A stretch of 64,000 nucleotides of DNA from Nitrospina watsonii (GCF_946900835.1 NZ_OX336137.1:1228213-1292212); one strand, 5' to 3'; counted from the stretch's first letter, positions 47,387 through 62,717 are shown. Numbers and translations are program-made. The notes: generated by a model from the sequence alone, not told the origin.

Positions 47387-48244
47387 ATGCCAAACTTACG
47401 GGACGTTAAAAGCCGGATACGGAGTGTCAAGAACACCCAGCAGACCACCAAGGCCATGAAGCTGGTGTCGGCCTCCAAGTTGCGCCGCGCCCAGGAAGCC
47501 ATCCTGACGGCCCGGCCGTATGCCACCAAGATGCGGGATGTGTTGAACCACCTGGCCGCCCGCTGCAATCACGATCTGCACCCGCTGTTGAACGACCGCG
47601 AAGGCGACAAGGTGCTGCTGGTGGTCATCACGGCGGACCGCGGCCTGTGCGGCGCGTTCAACGCCAACATCGTCAAGATGGCGGCCAAGGTCATCGAAGA
47701 ACATCAGGGCAGTTCCATTTCCCTGTTTCTTGCGGGCAAAAAGGGCGGGGATCACTTCAGGCGCCGCTCCTACAAGATTCAGGAAAATTATCCAGGCTGG
47801 ACCAAGGAGTTCAATTACGCCAAGGCGGTGGAGATCGGCGAAAAACTGGGCCAGTTGTTCATCGATAAGGAAGTGGACCGCATTTTTCTGGTGTACAACG
47901 AATTCAAATCCGTCCTCCGGCAGGAGGTCATCAGCGAGCAGTTGTTGCCGGTGGCGCCCGAAGAGACGGAAGATCAGTTCCCGGTGGATTATATTTATGA
48001 ACCGGACGAGGAAAGCATTCTGGAAGACATTCTGAAACGGTACATGACTTTGCAGGTGTACCGCGCCTTTCTGGAATCCAGTGCCAGCGAACACGGCGCC
48101 CGCATGACCGCGATGGACAACGCGTCGCGCAACGCCAAGGAAATGATCGGTCAGTTGACCCTGTTCTACAACCGGACTCGACAGGCGTACATCACCAAGG
48201 AACTGATCGAAGTGGTCAACGGGGCGGAAGCGCTGAAAGACTGA
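47387..48244 (+). CDS. atpG: ATP synthase F1 gamma subunit
   Basis: 285 aa, conserved N-terminus (MPNLRDVKSRIRSVKNTQQ) and C-terminus. Confidence 0.95.
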   Translation: MPNLRDVKSRIRSVKNTQQTTKAMKLVSASKLRRAQEAILTARPYATKMRDVLNHLAARCNHDLHPLLNDREGDKVLLVVITADRGLCGAFNANIVKMAAKVIEEHQGSSISLFLAGKKGGDHFRRRSYKIQENYPGWTKEFNYAKAVEIGEKLGQLFIDKEVDRIFLVYNEFKSVLRQEVISEQLLPVAPEETEDQFPVDYIYEPDEESILEDILKRYMTLQVYRAFLESSASEHGARMTAMDNASRNAKEMIGQLTLFYNRTRQAYITKELIEVVNGAEALKD

Positions 48245-48250
48245 ATATAA

Positions 48251-50124
<1,874 letters not shown>

Positions 50125-50226
50125 CCGCCGCCCTCTTGTGGCGGTCCGTTCAAACCGCTGTCACCCGCGGTTCACCCCAGCGTGCAGACATCCTGCACCG
50201 GCGGGCTCTCCAACGTCAAATTTGTA

Positions 50227-50646
50227 TTAAAAAGTCCGCATGCGCGGGTTGGAAAAATAATGCACCAGGTCGCGCACCGACAACACCCCGACCACTTCCC
50301 CCTTGTCCGTCACGACCACGTGGCGGATTTTATTTTTGGCCATGAACTTGTTGGCGTCCAGCACCGCCTCGTGACAGTCGATGCTGTGCACGGGCGAGGT
50401 CATGATGTCCTCCACCTTTGCGGTGTCGGGCTTGAGTCCTTTGGCAATCACCTTGCGCGCAAAATCGGTTTCGGTGACGATGCCGATGGGCTTGCCCGCC
50501 TGTTGCACGATCAAGGATCCCACATGCTGGTCGTGCATGAACTTGGCGGCGGCCTGGATGTTCTGCGTCGCGTCAACCGTCACCACCGGCGCGTTCATGT
50601 AATCGCCCACTTCTTCGATCGGGTTTTCCTGTTTGCGTTTTTTCAT
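50227..50646 (-). CDS. CBS-pair domain protein
   Basis: 139 aa with two CBS motifs. Confidence 0.7.
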   Translation of the reverse strand: MKKRKQENPIEEVGDYMNAPVVTVDATQNIQAAAKFMHDQHVGSLIVQQAGKPIGIVTETDFARKVIAKGLKPDTAKVEDIMTSPVHSIDCHEAVLDANKFMAKNKIRHVVVTDKGEVVGVLSVRDLVHYFSNPRMRTF

Positions 50647-50794
50647 TGGAACACCTCCTTTGCTTGCCCTCAGGAGCCAGTATTCCTCGGCTCATTATGG
50701 AACCATCCATATTGTACGGATATCCAGCCGGATGTGTACAAGGAAAGAATGGAAATTTGAAAGGCAGGGCGTCAGCGGGCTCCCGCGGCAGGCC

Positions 50795-53683
<2,889 letters not shown>

Positions 53684-53716
53684 AAGCGGAATAGTTATTG
53701 ACCCCCCTCATCCTAG

Positions 53717-53789
53717 CCTTCTCCCACCAGGGGAGAAGGTACCTAAAATACCCCCTCTCCCTTGATGGGAGAGGGTCGGGGTGAGGGTG
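53717..53789. repeat. REP-like hairpin pair
   Basis: CCTTCTCCC-ACCAG-GGGAGAAGG and CCCTCTCCC-TTGAT-GGGAGAGGG, followed by TCGGGGTGAGGGTG. The same architecture occurs at 24100-24136. Confidence 0.6.
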
Positions 53790-53830
53790 ATTATCTTTAT
53801 TTATTTTTAATAAGCGTTACTAAAGCCTAT

Positions 53831-55699
53831 TCAAGAAATGGATTTTGGGAACATGCGTTCCCATTTTTCATCGACCTTTTGTTTGATGTCGCCGGACATG
53901 TGGATCTCTTCCGGCCAGTCCTGCGTGTAACCTTCCTCCGGCAGTTTCTTCGTGGCGTCGATGCCGAGGCGTCCGCCAACCACCTGCACGTCGCGGCGCG
54001 GGTCGAGATTGTTGAACAGTTTCCACAACACGGTGGAGGTGTGGTTGAGATCGACATGCGCTTCGAGCGCCACGATAACCCCCGCTGCGGAGAGACCGTC
54101 GTCTTCCAGGCACTGGCGGAGGAAGTCGCGGCCTTGATGCGGCCGCGTCTTGTCCAGCGCCACCAGCACCACATGGCGTTTGGTGTTCAGCCCACACACC
54201 CGCACCGATTGGACATCCGCGAATTTATTTTGGATGGTTTGAATCAACTGGGTATCGGGCGCAGTGGCTTTCCCCTGCGGCGGGTTCGCCGCCGCTTCGC
54301 CGTCGATCGGGCGAGTGGCGTCGATGCCCAGCTTCGATCCGTAGAGGGCGTGATCGGAGGCGTGGTTGAGCACGTCGAGGATGCCTTCCGAAAAAAACAG
54401 GTCGCGGTTGAAATCGATTTCGTTGAGCAACAACTCCAGTACGGTCTGTTCGTCCTGCACATCGACATCGTGATCGACGACGACGATGGTTTTGACGAAG
54501 CTCATCTGCCCCGCGCCCCACAGCGTGCTCATCAAGCGGCGCGCCTGCATGGGATAGCGTTTGTCCATGGAGACGAGGACGCAGTTGTGGAACACGCCTT
54601 CGAGCGGCATGTTCATGTCCACCAGTTCCGGCAACTGCGTGCGCAATAGCGGCAGGAAGATGCGCTCGGTGGCCTTACCCAGATAAAAATCTTCCTGCGG
54701 CGGGATGCCGACGATGGTGGTGAGATAGATCGGGTTGCGGCGATGCGTCACGGCGGTGACGTGGAACACCGGATAGTCGCCGTCCTGCGAGTAATAGCCG
54801 GTGTGGTCGCCGAAGGGTCCCTCGCGCCGCATCTCGGCGGGATCGATGTAGCCTTCCAGCACGATCTCGGCGTGGGCCGGCACTTCCAGGTTCACCGTCT
54901 TGCATTTGACCAGAGGCACCGCTTTTTTGCGGATGAATCCGGCCAGGAGAAACTCATCGACGCCGTAGGGCAGGGGAGCCGAGGCGGCGTAGCAGGTGAC
55001 CGGGTCCGCGCCCAGCGCCACCGCCACTTCCATGATCTTGCCCTTGCGTTTGAATTCGTGAAAAAAATGCGCGCCGTCTTTGTGGATGTGCCAGTGCATG
55101 GCGGTGGTTTTTTTGTCGTACACCTGCATGCGGTAGAGGCCGACGTTGCGGATGCTGCGATCGACGCTGCGGTTGACGACGATGGGATAGGTGATGAAGC
55201 GTCCCGCATCGTGCGGCCAGCACTGGATGATGGGGATTTCGTCGAGGTTGACCGCGTCGCCGGTCTTGACCACGTCCTGGCAGGGCGCGTTCGACACCAT
55301 CTTCGGCGGAAACTGCGACGCCTGCAACAGGATGGGCAGCATCTTTGCCTTGTCGAGCAGCGTCTCCGGCGGCGCCATGTGCAGGTAGGCGTCGATGTCG
55401 CGGGCGATCTTGTCGAGTTTCGTCACGCCCAGTGCAGCCTGGATGCGGCTCCAACTGCCGAAGGCGTTGATGAGCACCGGCATGGAAGATCCCTCCACGT
55501 TTTCGAACAACAGCGCCTTGCCGCCGCCGTTTTGTTTGGAGACGCGGTCGGTGATCTCGGCGATTTCCAGATGCGCGGAGACCGTCTCGCGGATGCGCAC
55601 CAGTTCCCCGGCGTCGTCGAGGTGTTTGACAAAATCCTGCAGGCAGTCGAAAATCATCGGGTTGATTCGGGCAAAGGGGTCGCTGACCCTCGGGTTCAT
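53831..55699 (-). CDS. UbiD-family (prenylated-FMN dependent) decarboxylase, long form
   Basis: 622 aa with UbiD core motifs across the first 480 residues and about 130 extra C-terminal residues. Confidence 0.85.
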   Translation of the reverse strand: MNPRVSDPFARINPMIFDCLQDFVKHLDDAGELVRIRETVSAHLEIAEITDRVSKQNGGGKALLFENVEGSSMPVLINAFGSWSRIQAALGVTKLDKIARDIDAYLHMAPPETLLDKAKMLPILLQASQFPPKMVSNAPCQDVVKTGDAVNLDEIPIIQCWPHDAGRFITYPIVVNRSVDRSIRNVGLYRMQVYDKKTTAMHWHIHKDGAHFFHEFKRKGKIMEVAVALGADPVTCYAASAPLPYGVDEFLLAGFIRKKAVPLVKCKTVNLEVPAHAEIVLEGYIDPAEMRREGPFGDHTGYYSQDGDYPVFHVTAVTHRRNPIYLTTIVGIPPQEDFYLGKATERIFLPLLRTQLPELVDMNMPLEGVFHNCVLVSMDKRYPMQARRLMSTLWGAGQMSFVKTIVVVDHDVDVQDEQTVLELLLNEIDFNRDLFFSEGILDVLNHASDHALYGSKLGIDATRPIDGEAAANPPQGKATAPDTQLIQTIQNKFADVQSVRVCGLNTKRHVVLVALDKTRPHQGRDFLRQCLEDDGLSAAGVIVALEAHVDLNHTSTVLWKLFNNLDPRRDVQVVGGRLGIDATKKLPEEGYTQDWPEEIHMSGDIKQKVDEKWERMFPKSIS

Positions 55700-55807
55700 G
55701 GCCGTAAAAATGCGAAGGTTCCATTATATCGCACTTCACCCGCCTGCGTGGGAATTGATTGGGGAATCCTGTTAGGCCGGGGATTCTGACGGAGAGGACA
55801 GGTTGTC

Positions 55808-56737
<930 letters not shown>

Positions 56738-56745
56738 GGCGCGCG

Positions 56746-57576
56746 ATGACGATGTGGAGACGGTTTTCCCTGCCCGCGAAACTGAGCGCCTGCTTTCTTG
56801 CCGCCATCGCGCTGGCAGCGCTGTTCGCGCCATGGCTGTCGTCCTTCTCGTATGAAGAGCAGGACACGCTGAACGCATTGGCTGCGCCCGACGCCACGCA
56901 CTGGATGGGCACCGACCGGCTGGGACGCGACCTGTTCTCGCGCATGCTGTACGGGGCGCGCGTGTCGCTCTTTCTCGGCGTTGGCACCACGTTGATCGCG
57001 CTGGTCATCGGCACCGTGTATGGTGCGGTGTCCGGGTACATCGGCGGGCGTACGGACAACATCCTGATGCGGATCGTTGATGTGGTCTTTGCGCTGCCCG
57101 ACCTATTGCTGATTATCCTGATTATGGTGGTTTTGGGACGGGGACTGGCCAGCATTTTCCTGGCGCTCACCCTGGTGAGCTGGGTGACGGTGGCGCGGCT
57201 GGTGCGCGGCGAAGTGCTGCGCATCAAGGAGTTCACCTTCGTCGAGGCGGCTAGGGCGCTGGGAGCCGGGCACGGGCGCATTCTGTTTTCCGAAATCGTG
57301 CCCAACCTGTGGGGAATCTTGATTGTAACGCTCACCTTCCGCATTCCGGTGGCGATCCTGGCGGAATCGACACTCAGTTTCATCGGTCTCGGCATTGCGC
57401 CGCCGTTCAGCAGTTGGGGCACGCTGGCCAACGACGGCTGGACGGCCATCAAGTTTTACCCGCACCTCATTGTGTTTCCGTCGCTCGCCATCTTCCTGAC
57501 CATTCTGGCCTTCAACTTTTTAGGGGAGGGGCTGCGCGATCATTTCGACCCGCGGAAATCGGTGAAAATAAGTTGA
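56746..57576 (+). CDS. ABC transporter permease (Opp/Dpp C-type)
   Basis: 276 aa, EAARALG EAA motif. Confidence 0.9.
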   Translation: MTMWRRFSLPAKLSACFLAAIALAALFAPWLSSFSYEEQDTLNALAAPDATHWMGTDRLGRDLFSRMLYGARVSLFLGVGTTLIALVIGTVYGAVSGYIGGRTDNILMRIVDVVFALPDLLLIILIMVVLGRGLASIFLALTLVSWVTVARLVRGEVLRIKEFTFVEAARALGAGHGRILFSEIVPNLWGILIVTLTFRIPVAILAESTLSFIGLGIAPPFSSWGTLANDGWTAIKFYPHLIVFPSLAIFLTILAFNFLGEGLRDHFDPRKSVKIS

Positions 57577-57705
57577 ACGGTTTTCAGGTTGGGGGTTTTC
57601 ATTCCGGTCAAAGGGTCTTAAAATAGAGATAAGGCATTGTTAAAGTTTGATTAGCAATCGAAGGGACCATGGCTTGAAACCGATTGGAAAAGAGGTTGTT
57701 TCATG

Positions 57706-57733
57706 TTGACATCCCACTGAAGTTGATTAAAAT
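57706..57733 (+). promoter_or_regulatory. Sigma-70-like promoter
   Basis: TTGACA, 16 nt, TAAAAT. About 55 bp upstream of the 57789 ORF. Confidence 0.4.
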
Positions 57734-57788
57734 ACCCAACTCAAGCTGCATGGGCTTGAATTGGGTTGAATGAGGACGGTGCCACTTT

Positions 57789-58094
57789 ATGTCTCGAATA
57801 AAAGCCGACCTGATTTGCGAGATCATTCGCAAATCACAAACCAATTTTTTGGAAAAACAAGATTGGTCGGATCCTGGTAAGCCAGAAATCAACGAGCAGT
57901 TCGTTCTCGATTGGGTGAAGAATCACGCCAAGCAATACCGCGAGTATTACGTGGCGCAGCTTCAGATGTATTCCACAACGCGGCTGGGTGAAATTTTAAA
58001 AGCCCTGACCGAAAGCGGAAAAGATCTGACCGATGTCATTCACCGTGCTCCGCAGTATTCGGAGAAACCCGATTCGGGGCCTGTTCCCAGATAA
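57789..58094 (+). CDS. Hypothetical protein
   Basis: 101-aa ORF preceding the DUF1566 gene. Confidence 0.4.
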   Translation: MSRIKADLICEIIRKSQTNFLEKQDWSDPGKPEINEQFVLDWVKNHAKQYREYYVAQLQMYSTTRLGEILKALTESGKDLTDVIHRAPQYSEKPDSGPVPR

Positions 58095-58120
58095 CGTTGC
58101 GTCTTGCTCTGAATTGATCG

Positions 58121-59101
58121 ATGGTCGAAACCAATCCGCAGAACGAAGAAAAACAGTCGAACGAAGGCAACGGGCCTTCGGGAACTCCAGCCAAACCAGC
58201 ATCGACACCCGCTCCCAAACCCGATGCGGGTGCCAAACCCGATGCGGGTGCCAAACCCGACGCAGGAGCCAAGCCCGATGCGGGCTCCAAGCCCGATGCG
58301 GGCTCCAAGCCCGATGCGGGCTCCAAGCCGGAAGGCGGAGCCGCACCCGCCGCCAAACCCGCTGCCGCGAAACCGGCAGGGGCCGCTGCGCCGGGTGCCA
58401 AGCCGGCTGCTCCCGCCAAACCTGCCGCCAAACCCAAAGTCGAGAAGAAACCGCTCATCGACAACGGCGACGGCACCATCACCGATCCCAATTCCGGTTT
58501 GATGTGGAAAAAGACCGACGCGTGGATCGACACCAAAAAATTCTACACCTGGCCACAGGCTCCCGAATACGTGGACAAGGTCAACGCGGAGAAGTTCGCC
58601 GGTCACGCCGATTGGCGTATTCCCAACAAGGCGGAAGCCGCGTCGCTGGTGGACAAGACCAAAAAGAGCATGGACAAGAACGGCACCGAGTACCCGTTCG
58701 ATCCGATTTTTGAAATCGGCGCGGCGGCGGTGACGTGGATCACCGAATGCACCGAAGAAAAAGTCGTGCGCTTCGATTACAAGATCAGCAGTGAGTTCAC
58801 CTATCCCCCGTGTGAGCTCTGGTCGTCCATCCGCGTGGTGCGGAACGCCGAAGGCTACGAAGACGTGCCCAAACCCGGTGCAGCTCCCGCCGCGAAACCC
58901 GCTCCGAAACCGGGCGCCCCGGCGGCCGGTGCAAAGCCCGCGGCTCCGGCCGGCACGGCTCCCAAACCTGCCGCACCCGCCGGCGACAAGCCTGCCGCTC
59001 CGGCGGGAGACAAGCCCAAACCGCCCGAAGGACAGGATAACGCGCCTTCGGGAGAGACGCCCGCCGCGCCCAAACCGGCGGACCCTCCGGCATCGCAATA
59101 A
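58121..59101 (+). CDS. DUF1566 (Lcl C-terminal domain) protein flanked by Ala/Pro/Lys-rich low-complexity repeats
   Basis: Core NGDGTITDPNSGLMWKK...DWRIPNKAEAASL. N-terminal (KPDAGA)n repeats and a C-terminal AP-rich tail. Confidence 0.7.
   Translation: MVETNPQNEEKQSNEGNGPSGTPAKPASTPAPKPDAGAKPDAGAKPDAGAKPDAGSKPDAGSKPDAGSKPEGGAAPAAKPAAAKPAGAAAPGAKPAAPAKPAAKPKVEKKPLIDNGDGTITDPNSGLMWKKTDAWIDTKKFYTWPQAPEYVDKVNAEKFAGHADWRIPNKAEAASLVDKTKKSMDKNGTEYPFDPIFEIGAAAVTWITECTEEKVVRFDYKISSEFTYPPCELWSSIRVVRNAEGYEDVPKPGAAPAAKPAPKPGAPAAGAKPAAPAGTAPKPAAPAGDKPAAPAGDKPKPPEGQDNAPSGETPAAPKPADPPASQ
58217..58342. repeat. Seven tandem copies of an 18-bp unit (AAACCCGATGCGGGTGCC / AAGCCCGATGCGGGCTCC) encoding KPDAGA/KPDAGS
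   Basis: Read directly from the sequence. Units 1-2 are identical and units 4-6 are identical. Confidence 0.85.
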
Positions 59102-59108
59102 GTCCGTT

Positions 59109-59408
59109 CTATCTTTCTCGTAACCAGTTCTGAATAATTTTAGCTGATGAGGCGGGGTTTTCCGCGACGAAGGCTTCGACGACCTTGCGGATGGCCTCCC
59201 TTTCGGTCATGCCCGCTCGCGCCATCATGACTTCATCGGCGGAGCGTTCCCTGGGAGGGGCTTTGGTTTGAGCTTTTGCGGTCCCTGGGGTTTTGCGTTT
59301 TTTGACAGCGCGCCGGGTGGGGCTTGTGTTTTGGGGCGGAAAAAGAATCCAGGCCAGGCCGATGCCGCAGAGCAGGATAACGAGAAGCAGCAGGACTGTT
59401 ATGCTCAT
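59109..59408 (-). CDS. Small membrane-anchored hypothetical protein
   Basis: Start MSITVLLLLVILL (N-terminal TM), basic region, C-terminal helix. Confidence 0.4.
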   Translation of the reverse strand: MSITVLLLLVILLCGIGLAWILFPPQNTSPTRRAVKKRKTPGTAKAQTKAPPRERSADEVMMARAGMTEREAIRKVVEAFVAENPASSAKIIQNWLRER

Positions 59409-59418
59409 GGGCAGACCC

Positions 59419-60366
59419 TCAGGTGGCGGGCTCAGCGACATGGAATTTCACCACAAAGTCGCCACGTTTTTTGCTGGTACGTTCGCGGCACCCGGCACCG
59501 GGAATGCGATGCTCCTCGCCCGTCAAGGTGCCGTCTTCCACATCGATGGTGACCGTCGAGTCCAGGGTCTGCACTTCCAGCGGGCCGCCATTCTCCGCCA
59601 GTTCCGGCGGGATGACGATGTCTGCGTACACATCCGACTGCACCCGGCGGAATTGGGGATGCGGCTCGATGCACACCTTCAGTAACAGGTCTCCGGGAGG
59701 CCCACCGTTGCGTCCACAAGCTCCCTCATGCTGCATGCGCAGCGTGTACTGATCCGCCACCCCTCCCGGAATATCGACATGGACCGTCACCGGTTCGACG
59801 ATGCGTTGCGTGCCTTCACAGAGGCCGCAGGCATCCTGCACCGTATTCAGTCCGGTGCCGCCACACTCCGTGCAGGTGACGTATTTTTCGTAATGGAAGG
59901 GCAGGGTGCCGCCCAGCGCGGCGGTGACAAAGGGCACGTCCACCATAAACTGAAGATCGAAGCCCTGTGTCGGGATATCCGGATCGAACGGCGGCGGTTC
60001 CTCGAAATCGGGCGGGGGTGCATTGCGGAAATCGTCACGCGGTCCCTGCCGTGTGTACTGGCGGGCGTAATCGTAGGCTCCCTGCCAGGGGTTGCCGCCT
60101 CGCGGCCGCCCTCCACCTCTACCGCGCGGCGTGCGGGCGTAGTCGGCCTGCATCTGGTCGTATTGCTTGCGCTTCTTGGCATCTTTCAGCGTGGTGTAAG
60201 CCTCGGAGATGAGCTTGAAGGATTCTTCCGACTTGGCACTGCCCGAATTGATGTCCGGGTGATGTTTTTTGGCGAGATCGCGGTAGGCTTTTTTGATCTC
60301 TTGCATCTTCGCCGTTTTGGCGACCCCGAGCACTTTGTAATAGTCTTTTGACTGGGAGACGGGCAT
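59419..60366 (-). CDS. DnaJ-domain protein (J domain, single CxxCxGxG zinc module, DnaJ-C-like)
   Basis: DYYKVLGV...HPD J-domain signature. CTECGGTG...CGLCEG. Confidence 0.8.
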   Translation of the reverse strand: MPVSQSKDYYKVLGVAKTAKMQEIKKAYRDLAKKHHPDINSGSAKSEESFKLISEAYTTLKDAKKRKQYDQMQADYARTPRGRGGGRPRGGNPWQGAYDYARQYTRQGPRDDFRNAPPPDFEEPPPFDPDIPTQGFDLQFMVDVPFVTAALGGTLPFHYEKYVTCTECGGTGLNTVQDACGLCEGTQRIVEPVTVHVDIPGGVADQYTLRMQHEGACGRNGGPPGDLLLKVCIEPHPQFRRVQSDVYADIVIPPELAENGGPLEVQTLDSTVTIDVEDGTLTGEEHRIPGAGCRERTSKKRGDFVVKFHVAEPAT

Positions 60367-60441
60367 GGTTCGGTTTTTTTCCTGGTTGAGGCTGAACGTG
60401 TCCGATTCTGCCGTTCATTCTATCCGCATGTGGCGGCCAGT

Positions 60442-61203
60442 TCAACCGGCAGACCGCCATCGGGGGGCCGAAACCGTGGGCAGCGGTGCTTCGATAGCTT
60501 CCGTTTCCGGCTGGAGGATTTCCTGGATCTCGTCGCGGACCGCCCGGCAGCGGAACGGATAAAACTGGTCGCGCACAATCAAAAGGTACGCGGCTGCGCC
60601 GCCGTGACGGTGTTCCGGCTGCGGCGTGAGCCGCAGTTTTTCCGCACTCACTTTTTCCAACTGGGAAAAATGCGCCGGTGTCCAGGTTTCCTGAATCAAC
60701 AGGCCTTCGAAATAAATCCGGTTTTCTTCCAGTGTCAGGTAGCCCGCATCGAGGAAGGCAGGAAGCATACCCAGTCCCAAGCCGGAATGAGGCCGGAAAG
60801 CGATGAGCAGGGTCAGGGTCCCGGAGGCACTGGAAGCGGTGTTGGCGTTGCGCCGGAGTTTATGGAGATACAGCCTGAACAGCGAATGGGTGTAGTCGAA
60901 CCACCGGTAGGAAATGAAAAAGCAAAACAGAAAATTAAAAATGAACAGGAAATAGTTTTTGAAAATGAGGTGGTGGATAAATAACGCCATGACGACGGCC
61001 AGCCCCAGACTGAGGGAAAAATTCAGAAAGTGGCAGGTCCAGTAGGCCGCCAGCAGTCTGCGTGCGGAGGCGGGCTGGTGTTTCCATAAATAATGTTTGC
61101 GAAACAGCAGGTAACAGGTGCCCGCGCCCAGCGTGGCTGAAAGCACAGGCAGGGGAAAGATGAACGCGATCAGGATATAGAGCACAAAAAGGAACTCAAT
61201 CAT
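60442..61203 (-). CDS. Hypothetical integral membrane protein
   Basis: 253 aa with 4-5 hydrophobic helices. Confidence 0.45.
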   Translation of the reverse strand: MIEFLFVLYILIAFIFPLPVLSATLGAGTCYLLFRKHYLWKHQPASARRLLAAYWTCHFLNFSLSLGLAVVMALFIHHLIFKNYFLFIFNFLFCFFISYRWFDYTHSLFRLYLHKLRRNANTASSASGTLTLLIAFRPHSGLGLGMLPAFLDAGYLTLEENRIYFEGLLIQETWTPAHFSQLEKVSAEKLRLTPQPEHRHGGAAAYLLIVRDQFYPFRCRAVRDEIQEILQPETEAIEAPLPTVSAPRWRSAG

Positions 61204-61280
61204 GATTTTCTATTGTAACGCAGACCCCGGTGGGGTTGTATAATGAAAGCGGAGGGGTTATCCGGACAAGGAGAGTTTTT

Positions 61281-61829
61281 ATGACTCGCAAACAGGGCCT
61301 GCTTGCAGGAGTGCTGTTTTTGGTTTGGATGGCTGCGGGATGCGCCCATCCGATTTCCGGCTCCCTGCGGGAACAGGTGGACAAGGACATGAATTTCGGA
61401 CGCCTCGTGGCGGCCCCGGAGCGGTTTGCCGGGGAAAAAGTGGTGCTGGGCGGGATCATCGTTCAGACCCGCAATTATGACGGCTGGTCGGAGGTCGAGG
61501 TCATTCAGGTGCCTTTGAGCCGGTGGGGACGCCCGGATGATCGCGATGCATCGATGGGGCGGGTGCTGTTCCGCTACGAAGGTTTCCTGGAACCGGAAAT
61601 TTACAAAAAGGACCGGGAAATCACGGTAGGTGGGACGATCTCGGGGACCAAAACCGGAACCATCGACAAGGCGGTCTATGCCTACCCGGTGGTGAAGGTG
61701 GAAGAGTTCCGGTTGTGGGACAAGGTCGATTATGGCTATTACGGCTACCCGTATCCTTATTACGGGTATGGATACTGGGGACCCTATTATTCGCCTGCCT
61801 ACTTTCGGCGAGGGCCTTTTTTCTGGTGA
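61281..61829 (+). CDS. Slp-family outer-membrane lipoprotein with Tyr/Gly-rich C-terminal tail
   Basis: Lipobox LVWMAAGC. GEKVVLGGIIV. YGYYGYPYPYYGYGYWGPYY tail. Confidence 0.55.
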   Translation: MTRKQGLLAGVLFLVWMAAGCAHPISGSLREQVDKDMNFGRLVAAPERFAGEKVVLGGIIVQTRNYDGWSEVEVIQVPLSRWGRPDDRDASMGRVLFRYEGFLEPEIYKKDREITVGGTISGTKTGTIDKAVYAYPVVKVEEFRLWDKVDYGYYGYPYPYYGYGYWGPYYSPAYFRRGPFFW

Positions 61830-62638
61830 GTCCCAGGTAGCGATCCGGGGTGGAGGGTGACTTCCCCGCCATCGAACGCACGCACTTCTCCTGAATTCAG
61901 GCGGACCACCAGACGGCCTGCGGCATCCAGATCGATGGCCACCCCGGTATGGGTCTCGGCACCCTGCCGCAGCAGAATCGATGAGCCCAGCATGCGCGAG
62001 TTCTGCCGCCAGCGGGACAGAATGGGGCTGGCACCATCTTCAAGTAAAATCTGATAGTATTTGTATAAATAATTGATTATAAAGGAGAATATATCCGAAC
62101 GCTCGGGTTGCTCCCGGGTTTCGATATACAGAGACGTGGCGACTGCGGCCAGCTCTTCCGGGAACCGGGTCTGGTTGACGTTGATGCCGATGCCGACGAC
62201 CACTCCGCTGACGGTGTCGCCGGGAGCCAGAACCTGTTCCGACAGAATGCCGCCCAGCTTGCGCTGGTTGAGGAGGATGTCGTTGGGCCACTTCAGGGTG
62301 ATGGGATGCGGGCTGAAGGGTTGCAGGGCCTCGACGGTGGCCACAGCCGCCATGAGAGTCAGGGACGGATGCTGTTCCCTGGGCAGCGCGGGTTTGAGGA
62401 TCAGCGAAAAGTACAGCCCGGTGCCTTTTTCGGAGAACCATGAGCGGCCGAGGCGGCCTTTGCCGCGGGTCTGGGTATCGGCCAGCACCAGAGTGCCTTC
62501 TTCGGCACCGTCAGCGAGTAATTTTTTGGCCAGATCATTGGTGGATTCGAGCTCATCATGGGCTATAATTTGCCTGGCCCACCGGGGGGTCTGGCGTTGA
62601 CGTTGGATCGCATCCAGTTGTTCCTGTGAGTAGGCCAT
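61799..62638 (-). CDS. birA: Biotin--[acetyl-CoA-carboxylase] ligase
   Basis: Start at MAYSQEQLD. GRGRxGRxW motif (TRGKGRLGRSWFS). Confidence 0.8.
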   Translation of the reverse strand: MAYSQEQLDAIQRQRQTPRWARQIIAHDELESTNDLAKKLLADGAEEGTLVLADTQTRGKGRLGRSWFSEKGTGLYFSLILKPALPREQHPSLTLMAAVATVEALQPFSPHPITLKWPNDILLNQRKLGGILSEQVLAPGDTVSGVVVGIGINVNQTRFPEELAAVATSLYIETREQPERSDIFSFIINYLYKYYQILLEDGASPILSRWRQNSRMLGSSILLRQGAETHTGVAIDLDAAGRLVVRLNSGEVRAFDGGEVTLHPGSLPGTHQKKGPRRK

Positions 62639-62717
62639 GACGTTGTTTATGTGTTCAATGGGTAGGTGATCGATTGTTGGGTGGCTCGTCCACCCTTTTT
62701 TATATTCCAAAAGCGCT

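Noticed and set aside
54675-55789. Several ORFs on both strands within ubiD
   Set aside because: They overlap the conserved UbiD CDS and are Arg/Gly-rich antisense artefacts.
58036-59098. Multiple minus-strand ORFs (352 aa, 166 aa and others)
   Set aside because: Antisense to the low-complexity GC-rich repeat regions of the DUF1566 gene.
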